From positions 10,095,534 to 10,159,533 of the forward strand of contig NC_083409.1 in NCBI RefSeq assembly GCF_020745735.1: a DNA stretch of 64,000 bases, written 5' to 3'. The position numbers and the translations under genes are program-made. Position 1 is the first letter of the stretch. Every line of letters begins with the position of its first letter. Below, piece by piece: positions 35,801 to 49,755 of this stretch. Origin of the DNA: Hemiscyllium ocellatum (taxonomy: Eukaryota). The notes below the pieces were generated by a model that was given only the letters and a program-made list of their open reading frames with translations, searched no databases and was not told the origin of the DNA.

Positions 35801-37199
35801 TGAACCCTCAGAATGAAATGGAGGTAATAACTCCAAGTAATCCTTTTGTCTGACTTGTCAATAATAATGTTGCAAGTGTGATGCTGGTTGGATCTAAAAT
35901 ATGTAGTTTGAGTAAGTGAGTGGCTCATCTTGTAAACAATGGCCACTATCCTGACTTGGAAATCTGTCACTGCTTCTTGGAAGTCCCTCCCTCATGAGAT
36001 TGTGGGTCTAGCTCAGCACTATCTTCTCAAGGACAACTAGGAAGGGGCAATAAATGCTGGCCAGCCAGTAACGCTCCCAATCCATGAATGAACAAGAAAG
36101 ATATTTTCTGACTGATCAGCAAGGAACCCAATTTTAATTCTAAGCTCCTCAATGAGCATTTTTAAAATGACTCACAGGGTCCGGGCATCGCCGGCTGGCC
36201 AGCATTTATTGATCGTTCTTAGTTCCTTTTGAGAACCTGGTGAGCTTTCTTTTGTAACCACTGCAGTCCATGTGCTGTAGGTAGACCCACATTGCCCTTT
36301 GGGAAGGAATTCCAGGAATTTGATACAGCAATCCTGAAGAACCAGTGAGTGGTTTGCAGGGGCTTTTGCAAGAACAGTCCTGTGTATCTGCTGCTCTTGT
36401 CCTTCTAGACCTAAATGGTCGTGTTGGTGAGGATCTGGCTAAAGATCTCAGGATTTCTGCATTGCATCTTGTAGATTGTACACACTGCTCCTACTGAGTG
36501 AAGGGTATGGAGGGCTTGGCTGCTTGCGGATGTGGTGCCAATCAAGTGGGCTGCTTTGTCCTGGCTGGTGTCGAGCTTTTTGTGTGTTACTGGAGCAGTA
36601 CTCGTCCAGGCAAGTGGGACATATTCCATCACACTCCTGACTTAGAACATAGAACATAGAAAAATACAGCGCCGTGCAGACCCTTTGGCTCTCGATGTTG
36701 CGCTGATCCAAGCCCACCTAACCTACACTAGCCCACTATCCTCCATATACATATCCAATGCCTGTTTAAATGCCCATAAAGAGGGAGAGTCTACCACTGC
36801 TACTGGCAGGTCATTCCGTGAACTCATGACTCGCTGAGTAAAGATAAGCACATGGATGATTTTGGGATAGTGTAGGGGGTCGAGCTGAGAATAGCTCACA
36901 GGTCGGCGCAACGTCGAGGGCTGAAGGGCCTGTTCTTTGTGCTTGTGCTTGTGCTTGTGCTTTGTACTCGGTGGATTTGCAATGGGGAATCAGGAGGTGA
37001 GTTATACATCACAGTATTCCAAGCCTCTGACCTGCCCTTGTAGCCCACGGTGTTTATATGACGAGTCCAGTTGAGTTTCTGGCCCATGGTAATCCCCATG
37101 ATATTCATAGTGGAGGATTCAGTGAGGGTAACACCATTTGGATGTCAATGGCCATTTGTTAAATATTCTCTTGGAGTCATAGAGATGGACAGCTCAAAA

Positions 37200-38050
37200 A
37201 ATTACCTTTCAGTCCAACTTGCCCATGCTGACCAGTTATCCGAGATAAAATCTAGTCCCATTCACCAGCATTTAGCCAATTTCCCTTTGAAACATTTCCT
37301 ATTCATATACACATCCAGATGCCTTTCAAATATTGTGATTATGCCAGCCTCCTCCACTTCCTCTGGCAGCTCATTCCATAAACACACTACCCTCTGCATG
37401 AAAAAGGTACCTGTTCGGCTCCTTCTAAATGTTTTCCCTCTCACCTTTGCCCTCTCGTTTTAGAGTTGCTTACACCAGGGAAAAGACTTGTCTATTTACC
37501 CTATCCATACCCCTCATGAGTTTAGAGATATTTACACAGTCGCCTCTCAGCCTCCTTTGCTCCAGGGAAAAAAGTTCAAAACCAATTCTTCCTCTTCCTA
37601 TAGCAGAACCCCCCCCCCCCCCCCAAACCCTGGCAACATCCTTGTAAATCTTTGCATCATCCTTTCAAAATTCACAACATCCTTCGGAGAACAGGGAGTC
37701 CAAAATTGCACACGAGGTATTCTAAAAGAGGTCAAGTCAGTGTCCTGCACAGCTACAACATGACCTCTGAACTCCTATACTCAATGCTCTGTCCAATAAA
37801 GGTAAGCATACCAAACGCTGCCTTCACTATCCTGTCTACCTGTGACTCCACTTTCAAGGAACTATGGACCTGCCCTCCAAGGTCTTTTTGTTCAGCAACA
37901 TTCCCCAGGACTTTACTATTGAGTTTACTATTGAAGTCCTGACCTGATTTGCCTTTACAAAATGCAGCACCTCACATTTATGTAAATTAAACTACATCTG
38001 CCACTCGTCAGCCCATCTGATCAAGATCCTTTTGTATTATGAACCTTCTT
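37200..38050 (-). mobile_element. CR1 LINE 3' fragment
   Basis: FFMQRVVCLWNELPEEVEEA (37262-37444) plus upstream RT C-terminal remnants. Confidence 0.8.
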
Positions 38051-38399
38051 GACTGTCCACTGCACCTCCAATTTAGCAGTTATTTAGTCTCCATGCAAGT
38101 CTACTCCCACTTTGTCTCATCCCATCAGCGCATCCTTCTGTATGTTTCTCCCACAGGTACTTATCCAGTTTCCGCTTAACAGGTTCATACTATTCAACTT
38201 AAGCATTGCCGGGACTAACAATTTCTATGCTTTCTTAGGTAAGAATGTTTTATTTTGAATTTCTGATTTGATCCATTAATGTTAACTTCCTGTTCAGGTC
38301 AGCCTCACAAGTGATAACATTTCTTCCTCCATGCAGTTCAAGCATCTTCGTTTTTAAAGTTCTCTTTCAAATCTTGTTTTTAAAGTTCTCCGTCCAGTC

Positions 38400-39140
38400 A
38401 CTAGTTTATACAGTTAATGGTCGGGCCCTGGGGAGTGTCACTGAAAAATAGAGACCTCGGGATGCAGGCGCATAGTTCCTTGAAAGCGGAGTTGCAGGTA
38501 GAAAGGGTGGTGAAGAAGGCATTTGGCATGCTTGCCTTCATTGGTTAGAAGATTGACTGCAGGGATTGAGGCGTAATGTTGCAGCTGTACAGGACATTGG
38601 TTCGGCCACTTCTAGAATACTGCATACAGTTCTGATTGCTTTTCTATACGAAGGACGTTAAACTTAAGAGAGTGCAGAAAACATTTACAAGAATGTTGCC
38701 AGGACTGAGTGACGAGGAGAAGCTGAATAGACTGAAGCATTATTCCCCTGGAGGATTGGAGGCTGAAGGGTTTTTGTAGAGGTTTATAAAATCATGAGGG
38801 GCACGGATAGGGTGAATCACGAAGATTTTTTTCCTAGGGCACGGGAGTTGTAAACTAGAGGGCATGGGTTTAAGCTGAGAGGGGGAGATTTAAAAAGGGC
38901 CTGAGGGGTAACTTTCTCAGGCAGAGGGTACTACATACATGGAATGATTTGCCAGAGTGGTGGAAGGGAGTTCAATTACATCTTTCTTTTAACTTTTAAA
39001 AGGCACCGGGATGGGTACATGAATAGACAGGGTGGAGAAGGATATGGGCTAAATTCTGGCAAACTGGAACTAGGTCACATTGGGATATCTGGTTGGTGCA
39101 GATGAGTTGGGTCTGTTGTATAACTGACTCTATGACCCCA
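38400..39140 (+). mobile_element. CR1 LINE 3' fragment
   Basis: Collinear at DNA level with the other CR1 3' ends in the window. Confidence 0.75.
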
Positions 39141-40534
39141 TGCGTTTTGACCCCCATGCTCAATCAACCTTTTGAGATAAAATATGTCATGGCCAAAACA
39201 ATCTAGAGTTTAATGTCTTTTTTTTTAAAACAGTGCATTTCTACTGAAGTTGATCTGTTTATTTTGTATATGAAAAAGAAAGAGAATGGATCACTATGTT
39301 TTAAAGAGGAAATGGTGGCTGATGGTTGCATTTGACATAAAACCTGTATACTTTCTGCTGCAGAGTATTATATGCTCATCTATAATATGATCAGTTCAGT
39401 TGGGTGAGCTTTTGAGGGGGCCTGTAGAAAACGCCCAACAAAATGACTGCTCCTTTCCTGTTTTTCATTTCGACCCATACCTGACCCTGGCACCCGGGAG
39501 GCAACATGCTCTTCAGGAGTCTCACTCACGACCGCAGAATCTCCTGTCTGCTCCTCTAACCATTGACTCTCCGATCAACATCACTCTCCAATTCTCTCCT
39601 CTTTCCTTCTGAGTCACAGAGCCAGGCTCTGTGTCAGAGACCTGGCCGCTGTGGCTTTCCCCTGATACGTTGACCCCCAACAATATCCAAAGCAGTAAAC
39701 TTATTATTGAAGGGAAAGGCCACAGAGGATTCCTACACTATCTGCCTATTCCCTTTCCCTCTCCCTCTCCTGACAGTCACCCAGCCACCTTTATCCTTTA
39801 ACTTAGGTGTAACGACCTCCCTATAATTCCTCTCTATCACCCCCTCAGCCTGCCAAATGATCCAAAGTTCATCCAACCCCAGCTTCAGTTCCCTCACACC
39901 TTCTGTGAGGAACTGGAGTCCAAAACATGTTAAAAGACATTTGAACAGGTACGTGGAGAGGAAAGGTTTAGAGGGATATAGAACAAAAATAGGCAGGTGG
40001 TTCTGATTTAGTTGAGAAAACCAGGTTGGCATGGACGAATTTGGCCAAAGGGCAAGTTTTTATTCTGTGTGACTCAATGACTCTATGATTATGTAAACAA
40101 TGACCTCCTTCCCAATGGATCCTTCAATAGATAGCAGTAAACATCGGCCTCCTTCCCTGTGGACCCTCCAATCGAGACCAGTGCACATGGGCTTCCTTCC
40201 CACTGCACCCTCCAGTACCTAAGCTTCAAACCCCACGTCGTCTCCATCATGTAGGTCTCTTATTTCCATCTCCACAACATTGTCCAGCTCTGTGGTACCT
40301 CAGCTCCTTAAACACAGACACCCTTATTCCTGCTTGTCCCACCTCCAAACTCCATGCTTCCAGCTTCCTCCAATGACTCTCCATAAATCCCAACTTGTTT
40401 GAAATGGAATGGTTCTGTCCATGTTGATTATCAAGATGGAGATAGACACATTTTATATCTGTAATGATTTGAATGGTTATGGAAAGCGAGAGTGGTCAGA
40501 ATTGGTTAACATGATGATGGCTTCTGCAGTTGAA

Positions 40535-40740
40535 TGCTGGAAATGTGTTGCTGGAAAAGCGCAGCAGGTCAGGCAGCATCCAAGGAACAGGAAATTTGAC
40601 GTTTCGGGCATAAGCCCTACATCAGGCTTATGCCCGAAACGTCGAATTTCCCGTTCCTTGGATGCTGCCTGACCTGCTGCGCTTTTCCAGCAACACATTT
40701 TCAGCTCTGATCTCCAGCATCTGCAGACCTCACTTTCTCC
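40535..40740. repeat. Palindromic Penelope-derived element
   Basis: Inverted arms gctggaaaagcgcagcaggtcaggcagcatccaagg / ccttggatgctgcctgacctgctgcgcttttccagc. Confidence 0.8.
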
Positions 40741-41589
40741 TTGTCCTGCTGACAGCCTGCAGCTTTCTCCACACAGAATGGGGAAGTAGGAATGTATTTT
40801 TGGGGTCCATAGAACTATCCCACAGCAGGAAGTGTCTCTCAGGAGGGGAGAGGGTCCTGAGCTCCATTTCCCAGCCCAGGCAGTTTGTCTCCCAGTGAAT
40901 GAATGTGATGCCAATTTGGAACCCAGGTTAGGGGCAGTCACTGCTGTGGATCCAGGTCCAAAAGAGGCAATTGGAAATTAAGCTGGAAAGGAAAGATTTG
41001 CTTATAGGGAGAGAGAGAGGGACAGTGGGACTAATTGGGTCACTCAGAGGCACGACGAACTGAATGGCCACCTCCTGTGCTGTCAGATTCCAGCGAGTGC
41101 AGACAGTTCAGTTTTCTCCCGTCTCCGTAACAAACGTCCAGCTCCTTGTTCAGTCTGCTCCTCCCTCACCACTGATCAAGCCATGTTACCTCCTGTCACA
41201 CTGAGTGACATTGCAATCAATATCACAAGTGTCAGCGCCAGCAAACAACAGCATCACAGTCTGACACACTGGGATGATCATCACTGCCTGACATCAAAGA
41301 GTGGAGCTTGAATCCCCTTCCCCCGATGCTCTCAAATCCTACAGCATCAAAAATATTCTGGCACTCAACCCCTTCTGTTAAAGACTGACCTTTCCAATTA
41401 AATGGGATTAGATATCTTTAACTAACCTTGTTTCATTTTTGAAAGACATCACTAATGTGGGAGATAAGGGAATCTTGATGGATGTTGCTCATATGAACTT
41501 CCAGAAAACATTTGAGAACATTACAATTAGGAATGATAACATTATTTTGGGAACAAATAGATAGCAGAATTAATAAATACAGAGTCATA

Positions 41590-42280
41590 GAGACAGACCC
41601 TTTGGTCCAACCTGTCCATACCGACCAGATATCCCAACCCAATCTAGTCCCACCTGCAAGCACCTGGCCCATATGCTTCCAAACCATTCATCCAGATGCC
41701 TTTTAAATGTTGCGATTGTACTAGCCTTTACCACTGCCTCTGGCAGCTCATTCCATACATGTACCACTCTCTGCTTGAAAAGGTTGCCCTTAGGTCCCTT
41801 TATATCTTTCTCCTCTCACCCTAAACCCAGGCCTCTAGCTCTGGACTCCTCCACCCCAGGGAAAAAAACTTTGTCGGTTTATCCAATCCATGCTCGTCAT
41901 GATTTTATAAAACTCTATAAGTTCACCCCTCGACCTCCGCCGCTCCAGAAAAAACAGCTCCAACCTATTCAACCTCCCTGTAGCTCAAATCCTCTATCCT
42001 TGTAAATGTTTTCTGAACCATTTAAAGTTGCACAACATCCTTCTGATAGGAAGGAGACCAGAATTGCACACAGCATTCCAAAAATGGCCTAACTAATGTC
42101 CTGTGCAGCTGCAACATGATCTCCCAACTCCTGTACTCAATACTCTGACTAATAAAGGAAAGCATACCAAATGCCTCCTTCACTATTCTATCTAGCCTGC
42201 GACTCCACTTTCAAGGAGCTAAACCTGCACTCCAAGGTCTCTTTGTTCAGCAACACTCCCTAAGACCTTACTATTAAGTA
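41590..42280 (-). mobile_element. CR1 LINE 3' fragment
   Basis: VHVWNELPEAVVKAST..FKRHLD (41585-41767). Confidence 0.8.
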
Positions 42281-42329
42281 TTCTGGATCTTTGTATAGAA
42301 AGGAAGATTCAAATACACTCCAATCATTT

Positions 42330-42940
42330 TGGGTTCATGAGGTCTAGAATGAGGGAGGAACTTGAGAAAATCAGTTTAATGAGTGAAGTTGTTTTGGGGA
42401 AATTATATAAATCCACAGGGAAGAATAATCTACATCCCAGAGTCCTTCAGAAGGTGCCAGAAAATGTTGGTGGTCATCTTCCAAGATTCTATTGGTTTTG
42501 GAACACTTAAAACAGAGTGAAGAGTTACTAACGTAACATCACCATTTAAAAAGAGAGGGAAAGAGATAACTGGGAATTTTATATCAGTCAGCCTGACCCT
42601 GTTATTGGGCAAAATACTTGAGTCCATGATCAAAGATTCAATAGCTGACTCCATGGAAAACGATGAGATGATTAGACAGTGTCAGCATGGACTGTCAAAA
42701 GGGAAATCTTGCATAACAAATCGACTGGAAATGTTTGAGGATGTGATGAATGGATTTGCTAAGGGGGAGCCAGTGGATGTAACTTATTTGGACTTTCAAA
42801 AGGCTTTTGATAAATCCCACAGAAAAGATTAGCAAATAAAAGTAAGGAACGTGGGATTGGAGGCAGTGCACTGACATGGATAGGAAACTGGTTGGCAGAT
42901 AGGAAATAAAGAGTAGGAATAAATGGGCCTTTTTCTGAAA
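42330..42940 (+). mobile_element. CR1 RT fragment
   Basis: GKILESMIKD..QHGLSKGKSCITN..VTYLDFQKAFDK. Confidence 0.8.
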
Positions 42941-44749
42941 AGGTATCATGAATGAGGTGATTCTGAGGAGACTACAGAAAGAGGGAGGGTGGAGGACAGA
43001 GAGCATGCTTAAGAACAAGGATCAGAGTTTGAATATTGAAGTATTGCTGACCGGAGGTCAATGTCAGTCAGTGAGCACAGGGGAAATGGGGGAATGGGAC
43101 TTGGTGCAACTTCAGATACACTCAGCAGAGTTTGGGATGAGCTGACATTTATGGAGGGGATTGGCTGTGATGTGGGCCAGGTTAACATTGGAATGATCAT
43201 GTTTCAAGTTCCAAAGACATGACGAGGTTTTCAGTGGCTTATCTTTGTGATGTGGGCCACAGATCAACCTCAAAGATGAGGCCAAAGTTGTAAAGACATG
43301 GCTGAGCAGTAGACATTGCTCAGGGAGAGGGATAGAGTTTGTATCATGAGCTGAAGAGGATGGGTGTGACCTTCCGAATATGTTTCCCAGTGAGCCTGGC
43401 TCCTCAGTCCTGACTGCTCTTAGCTGCTGTGATTGTCACTGACTGGACACTTATTATTAGAGATTCTGACCACAGCAGAAAGCCCCAGTGTAAAAAATAA
43501 TTGCAAAGACTGTCAGATCGCAAGGTTGAAACTTCATCAAGAGAGGAAGTGAAAGAAGGAGTTCAAAGCAGCTGGATGTTTGTTACTGAGACGGGAGAAA
43601 TCTGTGAACTATCTGTACTCCCTGGAATCTTACAGCACAGGAGGAGGCCATTCAGCCCATTGAGTCTGTGAGTGACCCAATTAGTCCCACTGCTGCTCGC
43701 TTTCCCCATAACTCAGCAAATCTTTCCTTTTCAGATCGATCTCCAATTGCCTCTTGTAGACTTGGGTCCACAGCAGACACTGCCCCGAACCTGGGCTCCA
43801 AACTGGCATCTCATTCATTGTTGGGAGACAACCTGCCCGGGCTGGGAAATGGGGCTCAGGACACTGAACATTCCTTCTCCCCTCCTGAGGGACACTTATA
43901 CTAGGGGACAGCTCTGTGAGCACAAACAGTACATTCCGACCTCATCAACTTTCCCGTTCAATATGTGGAAGGCTGGACCATGTCAGCAGGGCATTCAATG
44001 ACAGGAGCCATCATCACTCTGTAACATCTGTCCCAATGTTTTAAAACTTGCTTCATGGCGCAAGTCAGGAGTGTCGTGGAATATTCCCCACTTGCCTGGT
44101 TGGTACAACTCTAACAACACTTATGAAGCTTAATCCAGGACAAAGCAGCCTGCTTGATTGGCACCACATGTACAAACATCTACTCCCTTCACCACTGACG
44201 CTCAGTCGCAACACTGTTTCATATCTACAAGACACATTGTGCAAATTCATCAACGTTCCGCAGACAGCACCTTACAAACCCATGACCACTTCCATCTAGA
44301 AGGTCAAGGGCAACAGATGCATGGGAGCACCACCCCTTGCAAATTCTATCCTGACTTGGATACATGTTGTTCCTTCGCTGTGGCTTGGTCAAAATCCTGG
44401 AAATCCCTCCTTAAGGGCATTGTGGACCTCCCCACAGCACATGGATTGCGTCAGTTCAAGGAGGCAGCTCATCACCACTTTCTCAAGGGTAACTAAAAGC
44501 AATAAAGACTGGCTCAGACATTGACACCCACATACTGTGAATGAATTTAAATAATTTATTAAAACACAGCAGCTTGATTAGGAAATGGAGTTCAAGGTTT
44601 CCCTGCCATCCTGAGATCCATGTTTTCCAGTGTATGTTGGATGTTCATTGAGAAGGAGATCCATGTTTACCAGTATGTATTGGAGGGTCATATGGGAAGG
44701 AGATCCAGATTTACTGGTCATTATTGTAGAATTTAGAAAAGCATGGCCT

Positions 44750-45970
44750 TATCAAGGACAGTATTTGGAAAAGCATGGACTAATTAGGGGGAGTCAGCGT
44801 GGCTTTGTGCAGGGCACGTCATGTCTTACTATGTTGGTTGCATTTTTCAAGGAGGTGACAAAGGTGATCGATGAGGGTAGAGCAGTGAATGTTGATGACA
44901 TGGACTTAGTAAGGCTTTCAACAAGGTACCTCATGGTAAACTCCTCCAGAAAATTAAGATGCGTGGGATCCATGGTGACTTAGCCAAGTGGATTCAGAAT
45001 TGGCTTGCCCGTAGAAAGCAGAGGGTAGTGGTTGAAGGGTGTTTTTCTGGCTGGAGGTCTATGACTAGTAGTGTCCCACAGGGATATGTAATGGAACCTC
45101 TGCTGTTTGTGATACATATACATGATTTAGAAGGAAATGTAGATCAGTGGGTGAGTATGTTTGCAGATGACACACAGATTAATGGAGTTTTGGATAGTGT
45201 AGAAAGCTATCAAAGGATACAGTGAGATATCGACCAGTTGCAGATGGTAGATGGAGTTTAATCCAGGTAAGTATGAGATGTCGCACTTTGGGAGATTAAA
45301 TGTTCAAGAAAATAATCGTTAATGGCAGGACCCTGAACAGCACTGAAGTACAGAGAAATGTTCAAGTCCATAGCTCCCTGAAAGTAGACACGCAGGTATA
45401 TAAGGTGGTAAAGAAGACATATGGCATTGTTGATTTCATTGGTCAGGGAATTGAGTGCAAGAGTCAGGATGCCATGTTGCAGCTTCATATGACTTTTGTT
45501 AGGCCACACTGAAGTATTGGTGTTCAATTCTGGAAGGATGAGGAAGGCTTTGGAGAGGGTGCAGAAGAGGTTTACCAGGATGCTGCCTGGATGAGAGGGT
45601 ATGAGCTATAAGGAGAGGCTAGAAAAACTCAGGTGTTTTCTCTGGACTGGTGGAGGCTGAGGGGAGATTTGAAAGAAGTCTATAAAATTATGAGATGCAT
45701 AGACAGGGTTGATGGTCAAAATCTCTTTCTCAGACTGTATATGTCTCATATGAGGGAGCATGCAGTTAAGGTGAGAAGGGGAAAGTTCAAAGAAGGTGTG
45801 AGGGGCAAGTATTTTACAGAGAATGATAGGAGTCTGGATTGCACTGTCAGGTTTAGTGGTGGAGGCAGATATTATAGCAGCATTGAAGGGACTTTTAGAT
45901 AAGCACATGAATATGCAAGGAATGGAAGGATATGGACCAAGGGCAGGGGAGAGGGATTAGTTTAATTTGG
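44750..45970 (+). mobile_element. CR1 RT and 3' fragment
   Basis: SQRGFVQGTSCLT, SSVPQGYVMEPLLF..SMFADDT. Confidence 0.85.
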
Positions 45971-46744
45971 TGCCATGTTCTAAAAACATCTATAATCCAA
46001 GAGTAGCTCAGTGGTGAGCAAATATTGTTTCGGTCTGTTATCGTAGTCAAATTAAAATTAAAGCATAATATATTTCTGATATTCTTGCATTACTTTGGTA
46101 TAATATTATAACAACCCTGCAGTGCACATAGAAGCCATTTAGCCCATTGACACTGCAGAAAGGGTCATAACAGAAAAGAATTGTGCATATGAATTGGACA
46201 GAGATTGGTGTGCTTAGAAATGCTGACTTTGTGGATGACCTTTTACTAGGTTATGTAATTCCAGTCAATATTTACAAGGTTATATGAAAACCGTCAGCCG
46301 ATTGTTTCAAAAGCGAGTGAAATATATTCCTACCTACTGTTGCAGTGTTGTAGTTTGTGAATGTGGATTAATTTTGCATCTGTCACTGATTATGTTTGAG
46401 ACACATTCTGAACCTGTTAATTCTGATTATTGTATGTGAGTGTGAACACATTACCAGTGCAACCAAAGGTGTATTGACTTTTCTGGCAAAGTAAGCATTT
46501 TGTCATATTCAGATGTACGTTTCATTTTGTTACACTTTGAAAGATAGGTTACATTTTTGTGTTTGTGGAATGAGAGCATCACTTCCCCAGCACACTCATA
46601 TTGCCCATATGGGGGGGGGGGGGGGGGGAGAGGAATCTTTTCGGCATTGGTGTTGGTGTTGTCATTACCCTGCTGTCCTTGTCTTTCCCAATGGCAGATG
46701 GGATTGAAAGGTGCTGTTAGAGGAGGTTTGGTGAGTTAAAACAG

Positions 46745-47580
46745 GGAGCTGGGGGTGGGGACAATGGGGAGCTGGGAATGGGGTTCATGGGGACCGGGGA
46801 AAAGGATTCACAAGGAGCTGGGGCTGTGGTTGAATGGAAAATAGGGGTGGGGTTGGCAGGGCGCTGGCGATAGGGTTCACAGGGAGTTGGGGGTGGGGAT
46901 AGCAGAGAACCAGGGATGGGGGTTCATGGGTAGTTGGGTGTGGGGATTGTGGGGAGCTGGGTGTGGGGATCTGGGAGTGGGGACCATGGACTGGGACTGG
47001 GGTTCATGAGTAGCTTGGTGTGGGGATCATGTGGTGGGGGGGATGCTGGGACTGGGGTTCATGGGGGACGATGGATGGGTTACAGCGAGCTGGTGTGGGA
47101 TTCGTGGGTACTGGGAAAGAGGTTCACAGGGAGCTGGGGCTGTAGTTCACAGGGAGCTGGGGCTGTGGTTCAGAGGAAGCTGTGGCTGGGGATCATAGCG
47201 AGCTGGAAATGGGGTTCACATGGAGCTGGGGGTGGGGATAGCAGAGAACTGGTGATGGGGTACATGGGGAGCTGGATGTAGGAATCGTGAGGAGTTGGGT
47301 GTGAGGATCGTGGGGAGCTAGCAGTGGGGTTCATGGGTAGCTGGGTTTGGGGATTGTGGGAACCTGGGAGTGGAGGGTAGCTGGGTTTAGGGATCACACA
47401 GTTGGGAATGGGGTTCATGGGGAGCTCTGTGTGGGGAGCTGGGAATGGGGATCACGCGGAGTCTGGTGTGAGGATCGTGGGGAGCTGGCAGTGGAGTTCA
47501 TGGATAGCTCTATGTGGGGAGCTGGGAGTGGTGTTCATGGGTAGCTGGCAGTGGGGTTCATGAGTAGCTGGGTGTGGGGA
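46745..47580 (+). repeat. G-rich degenerate minisatellite built from GGGGT/GAGCT units
   Basis: Recurrent ggggttcatggggagctgg-type units; strong G skew on the + strand. Confidence 0.85.
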
Positions 47581-48007
47581 TCGAAGATGAATTTTTCCAA
47601 AGAGCAAATCACAGTCTCATGACCTCTCGGAATTAGTTAAAGAAAATGGTGATGTTGTTTCAGCTGTAAGTTCAGAAGCCTTCAAACCAACTTGGCCACA
47701 AGAAGGCAACACAAATAGTGTGATAATGAGCAAGGATTGCTGCTCGATGGATAAATATAAGCCCACGGGTAAAAAGGAGCACTCCTCAACACTCCTTCTA
47801 TTTTGAACTTGGGAGATATTCCAACACATGAGTTTTAAAAATAAAGAGAAACGTAACAAGAGACAGTTAATCAGAAAGCTTCCCACTGTGATCTGGAGTC
47901 AGGCCGGGCTGCTCACTCTCTCCTGCCTTGTTTGTGTGTTGCATAGAGCTTTTTGCTGTGTCCTTCAGGAAGAACGCGAGCCTGAGGGCTGACTATTCCA
48001 GGCAGTG

Positions 48008-48310
48008 TAGGTGGCATGGTGGCTGAGTGGTTAGCACTGCTGCCTCACAGCATCAGGGTCCCAGGTTTGATTCCAGCCTCGTGCGACTGTCTGTGTAGTG
48101 TTTGCGCATTCTCCCCGTGTCTGCGTGGATTCCCTGTGGGTGCTCCGGTTTCCTCCCACAGTCCAAAGATGTGCAGGTCAGGTGAATTGGCCATGTTAAA
48201 TTGCCCATAGTGCTTGGTGTATCTATCAGAGGGAAATGGGTCTGTGTGGGTTATTCTTTGGAGGGTTGGTTGGGCCGATAGGCCTGTTTCCACACTGTAG
48301 GGAATCTAAT
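48008..48310 (+). mobile_element. Full-length HE1-type V-SINE
   Basis: A box TGGCTGAGTGG (~48020), B box GGTTTGATTCC (~48064), V-domain, 3' tail cacactgtagggaatcta. Confidence 0.88.
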
Positions 48311-48439
48311 GCTACAGGTCAAAGCCTCTCTGTTATGCATAATGTCACCATGTTCTACTCAGATCTGCCATCAGTCCACAGGCCCATGAACATTGCCAAA
48401 GTGAAGCAGAAACAGGGAACACTGCTCCCTCTCCACTGA

Positions 48440-49755
48440 GGATAAAAACCAAGTCATCAGGTGTGAAGTATTCTCTGTGTTGCACATTTTGCAAGTCTAG
48501 CTCATTCCCTGAAACTGCAGTCACCTCATCCATCTTCCATTTCATTTGGAGGTCTAAGATGGACTGTGTCCTCAGGGATACCATGTACATAATTCTGGAT
48601 AAGATGGGGAAAATATACCCAGTTCTGCCTGCATCCCGAGGGCCACCTTTTGTATGCAGCTGCATCATGCTGCACAAGGACCCTCACTTTGTAAACACCA
48701 AGTGTCGCTACGTACTGAGGTTCTACCTCTCAATGGTGTTTCAAAGAATGGGACTGATCACATTGCTGCAAGGTGCTCCAACTAGTTGGACTGTACTGTA
48801 TCACTCGTCTTTCATGGAGAAATTTGCAAAGAAAGCCACCTTTGACCACAAGTCCATCAGGAAGTGGTCAGCACATAGTGTCTTTGAGACCCTGTGGTAA
48901 TCGGTAAGAGTGAATCCTGCCATGCGGTTCCCTGAGCCGACTGTCAGTCATTTGGCAGAATGCCTCATCACCAGAGCTTTCCAACAAGGACCAAGACATC
49001 ACTTGGCTGATGGTGACAAGAATACTACCTGTGAGTTTCTTCCTGTACACCCAGTCCGTCTATGCCATTGCATGTTGACCTTGAAGCAGCTGTGGAGGGA
49101 TGGGACTGTCACACATCTCGTGCTGGAATGTGCCTTTCCAATGGAAGTGTGAAGAAAGATGCATAGTTTTTTGTCAAGGTTCATCCCAAGCAGCTCCATG
49201 ATGCAGGACTCTGTGCTCCATGATCTGTTCCTAGGAGCACACTGAGACACACAACGACTGCGCCTGAATGATCAGTGAAAGACATGACATGGAGATGCCG
49301 GTGTTGGACTGGGCTGGACAAAGTCAAAAGCAGGGTTTATTTGAAATCAAGTGTTTGGAGCAGTGCTCCTTCATCAGATGAAGTGAAAGAAGCTCTTTGG
49401 TATGCCTAAAACTTGTTGGACTTTAAGGACAAGGAATTGCGTCCGACCAAAAGGTGCATGCTAGCAGTTTCTGAGGTCCAGAACTGCTTGCTGAGGCATA
49501 CACTGAAGCCTGGAACAGCTGCTGCCAAGGCACAGTGGGGAAAGACGTCCTTCTGCTGAAGTTAAGTTGGGGTCCGTTTAGTTATTGCACCTTCCCAGTG
49601 CGTCAAATGCATGTTAATATAGTCTTCTCCAATAAAAAATGCCTTTAGTTTGTTTGCAGAGAATTGAATTCCAATGTGTTTTGCTTGATATGCTACTGCA
49701 TTTGTGAATGTGTATGCAAACAAGGTTTTTATGAATAAAGTATATTTTTAAAATG
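48440..49755 (+). mobile_element. Tx1/L1-group LINE 3' fragment
   Basis: Degenerate ORF2 C-terminus (GTVTHLVLECAF..FLSRFIPSSS..QDSVL..LF), ending in atgaataaagtatatttt. Confidence 0.6.

Noticed and set aside
39270-39335. + strand REWITMF*RGNGG*W as a BH2 exon for the Bcl-2-like fragment
   Set aside because: Two stops, wrong W-to-GGW spacing and no convincing splice acceptor.
48008-48090. tRNA gene
   Set aside because: A/B boxes continue into a V-SINE body with a LINE-like tail; it is a SINE head with no cloverleaf.
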